A stretch of 64,000 bases of DNA from Iphione sp. A-MEVVRFRX5 (Eukaryota): contig OZ320313.1 in NCBI GenBank assembly GCA_976226885.1, positions 123,442,001-123,506,000 of the forward strand, given 5' to 3'. Positions 60,157 to 64,000 of this stretch are shown here, piece by piece; position 1 is the stretch's first letter, and each line of letters begins with the position of its first letter. The notes beneath the pieces were generated by a model, which saw only the letters and a program-made list of their open reading frames with translations, was not told the DNA's origin and did no database searches. The translations under genes were made by a program, and so were the position numbers.

Positions 60157-63100
60157 CAAACAATATGAATCTTTGTGAGGAAGGTTTTTCTTCAGACTCG
60201 TTGGCTATTCAGTGACTCAACCAGGCCGGCATTTCATCGTATATTCCCCATGAGACGGTCACCTTTCAAAATACTGTATAATACGACTTAATGGACAGAC
60301 CGGGACTAAAAACAAACCAGACTATACATTAGCGCGTCATAATTCCATTGTAAATGAAAAAAATGGCAGAGAGGACCTTTCGTAAGTGATTACAGAGGGA
60401 TGTCTACATTGTGGGATTCTACTGTACTTCACCCTACATTACATTGACATTATGCATTTATCTTCTGTCATTCAAGGTTTCTCATGTTACCCTCAACATC
60501 AACACCCGACCGATCTGTTCAGAGGGTGACGATATTTTATCACGGAGTTATTCCAAGCCAACAATTATATGACGCAGTTGAATACAGTGCTTCACACATC
60601 GCTATTCGTTGTACCCTGGTTGACTGATACCGGATCAGAATTCAGTGAAAAACGCGATTAAGCCATAAAAGAATGTATATGTACACACGTGTTAATAATA
60701 TGTCTTTATTATGAATGATTGCCTTTACGGGCTGGCTTGTCTCGTGACAGCTTCCAAGAGTCGATCTCTCCTTCAAACCACCACAATTGTTTTTTTCTCA
60801 ATATTGCAGGTGAGATCATTTACTTCTCATAACCTGGATGGTACGCCCTTGGACTTGAGGTACTGTGCAATACATTCAAATCAAGTGTATCAGTAAACGT
60901 CCACATCTCATGTCATATCTTGCAGTTATAAACGGGCGGTAAATACATGCCTCCCCTGCATGTTAATTACGTGATTATCGGTTAGTTGATAAAAGTGTTC
61001 GTATTTCAGGGATGCTGACATCATTACGGAGAATCGAAATTAAAAGTTCACTGATTCCACCCAAAGGTAGCTGGACATAAATGGCTAGAGAACAGATCCT
61101 TAGGTGACGCTACATGATAGAATTATACTCAACCCTCGTAAATTGAAAGACTTCTATGGTAGTGAATCTTCTTTGGATACCGAAGAAATTCAGAGACAGG
61201 CGGGGAAGTGAAATTACCTGTTTTATTTACATGTACCTGTCTTGTATGGACCATTTACCAAATAGAAGAAGTAATTTTCCATGAATTGCAACTATTCTTT
61301 TGAAGGATGAGTACAGACATAAATTCCAAAATACGAACATTTGGGGATCCCCTCACACACTGAAAAGGTTTCGTGATATATTCATGGTTCTTTCAGCAAA
61401 GTGGTCGAATATCATATGGTGAAGGAAAGTGGAATGAGTTACTATCCAGCTTTGGCTCTGCGCCATGGAGCACTAGTCTAAATTATAATTAAAATCATAA
61501 GCACCTAGCTTACAGACCAACGTGTCCTTACTTATTTTGGAGCATTTGAATTTGAAGTGTTTCACAAATTACGCCATACCAAGTTCATGCAAACCCAAAC
61601 CAAAGTAATTACTCTGTCCTCATTGTCTTATTCAATGCCCGGCTAAATTTGCCCATCCTAGTTCGTGTTCTCAAAAGACAGCACATGTATAGAGACTGGA
61701 AACTTGGCGTCAGGGAGACGAAGTCTTATAATGCCTATTACTATATCCAGAAAGACTCGGGAGGACTGTATATATCGGTTATTGACAATATCTTGCTAAT
61801 TAAATATAATGACTGCATGTTTCATTATAGAGATGAATATTTTAGATTAGGTTACGTCGAGTTTTGGTCAGAGGCAGGCTATGGCAGATTATGAGGACAT
61901 CTGTCAGCATAGTGTGAAAATAAATCACCTTGCTTCAAATAATATACATGTATGTATTTTTAAATACTTAAAACAAATTTACTTACATGCATCAGACAAA
62001 GTAATTATCTGATTTAATGCAACATTCCCCAAACCAGTGCGTATGGTTTGAGTTTAAGACGATTTAAAGTTAGCACCGCTAAGAAATCTGATAATTCGGC
62101 TTACTACATAGTGTGGATGGAAAATGCCTCACCAATCCACAGTAGACCTCTGAAAATAATAGAACGGAAATGAATAAATGGAAAATATTGATTAAGCAAA
62201 AGGGAACGAAATCCTTTCTAAGATGCTTGGTGTGTTTCTTTGATGCCTGCCCTATTGAATTTTGTCACTTTTCTCAATGGAGAAATATTCAGTAGTCACA
62301 TCCAAGCTTTGTATGAGACATTTCGGCGGCATTTCAGGTCAGATGAACCGCGGTCGGAAATTAGGTCGACAGCATAGGATGTGTGTTGCTTTTTAAATGG
62401 AATCATGCAGGAAACAGAATGGACCTATGCATACTGAAATTACTTTCTTTCCTAGCATCTGACGCTGTATACGTCCAACATGTAGTTATTCCCTCATAAC
62501 GTACCGCGTATAATAATTTTCACTTCTTTTGGTAGTCTAGTGTCTTCATGTTTTCTGTGGATCAACCATTTTTTTGTTCTATTTGTTCTCATTCTGAATC
62601 CCCGTGACCAAGTGTGCGCTTATGTATCCGTGCTTAAGGCTCTTCTGTTTTTTCTCCTTCTCCCTATTTCTCCAAGCCGTAATAATGGAGATTAGTAGAT
62701 TGCATGTTGTTTATCAACCAATTACATTATGAAGCTATGTGACAGGGCCATTATAGTCGAACGTTTTAGTGTTACGACTGAAACTATGACTCTTATAAAT
62801 CGAGGATTTTCACTGCTGTTGAACGAACTCTGCGCGCGTGTTGTTCTGTCTAGCATCACACCGAGGGGATCGTCTTTGTTTGCCCATCGCTTTTCTCCCC
62901 TGACTGCCCATTAGGCATACCTGAAGCACTGTGCTCCTTTGCAGTCTGCTCGTAAACTAACCCCAACGAGGGGGAGTGATGCCTTCAATAACCATTAGCC
63001 AGTCGCGGCCGCCCTCTGCCGGCAACACCACTCATCATCTCACCTGGCTCAGGTGAGTCAGACCTGACGCCATCGGTCTGTCGTTCACAGGTGAATCACG

Positions 63101-64000
63101 TTGCCTGATAGGAGAGAGAGACAGGAGATGCGCTATAAACCAACATGCGGATTTATAGCACAGAGAGGCCGAGAAATTGATAAGAGATCACGCTACCTTG
63201 GGCCCATGGGCTCAGCATCAAGCCCTTTCGCTCGATCTCACATTGTGCTTGGCAGCTCCATTCTACTTTACTGGTCCCGGCGTAAATTACTACGCTGTTC
63301 ACATTACACCCCAATACTGACTATGCTTAGAGAAAATAGTCCCAAAGTTTTCAATTTTTCTAATGTGTGTGTCTTATACTGTTTCCATCAAAATCAAAGG
63401 GGGTGTGAGGGTCTCCCCACATAATTTAAGACTAGTAATTTTACTTAGGATTAGGTTTAGGGTTAGCAATAACATTCACAGAGGCCAAGATCATGGGAAA
63501 CGTAGTCCTCTTGGGACTGGTAAAGTAGAATTTTACCATATTCAACGAATAATCACAAATTCACCGTCTGGTAATGTCCTGTAAGCATGCGCATATAGTG
63601 TCGATATAGTCTGACCTACTCAAAGCTCTTGGCACATCTAAACGGCCGCCCACGCTTACCTGGTGCCGGCAGAGCGAGTCGGTGGTGCTGGCTGGCTACC
63701 AGCGGCTGCACTTGAGTAACTCTGGTAGGCAGGTCACCAGCTGGGCGTCTGTTGTGGCTTATGGTTGTTTGTGCAATCCCCCGCCCTCGCCCTTCCCCCC
63801 CACCTCAGTTAGAGTCTGCCCCATATGACTGAATATATTTACATTACCAAAATAAACTACTGACTGCCCCAGTTGGCAACTGGGCCTCTTGTGTACAGCA
63901 GAGGATCTCTAACGCCTCTAACGCCGTTAATAAGGACGATTAAATAGTGGCTTCCATATGAGCATGGCTGAGCATTTGAAACCTCCAGTACTGTTTAAAC

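Overview
Eukaryotic (metazoan, probably marine invertebrate) genomic DNA that is mostly non-coding and littered with decayed transposons. I found no rRNA, tRNA, CRISPR-Cas or bacterial operon. The dominant feature is a nearly intact, apparently full-length ~6.5 kb non-LTR retrotransposon (CR1 group: L2/Crack/Daphne-like RT) at ~45814-52269 (+) with three ORFs. ORF1 is an L1-type coiled-coil/RRM/CTD protein with a C-terminal NADAR (YbiA-like) domain. The second ORF is a stand-alone SGNH hydrolase preceded by a strong 3' splice acceptor. An 809-nt spacer carrying five conserved palindromic ~20-nt repeats then precedes the APE-RT ORF2, which is broken by a single stop codon. Also present: a 5'-truncated LINE of another family (~8490-10770, -), older RT remnants (~39180-40536, -), several MITE-like elements, tandem repeats, promoter-like islands and a few speculative exons. 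All domain calls are by-eye motif recognition; no database searches were run.
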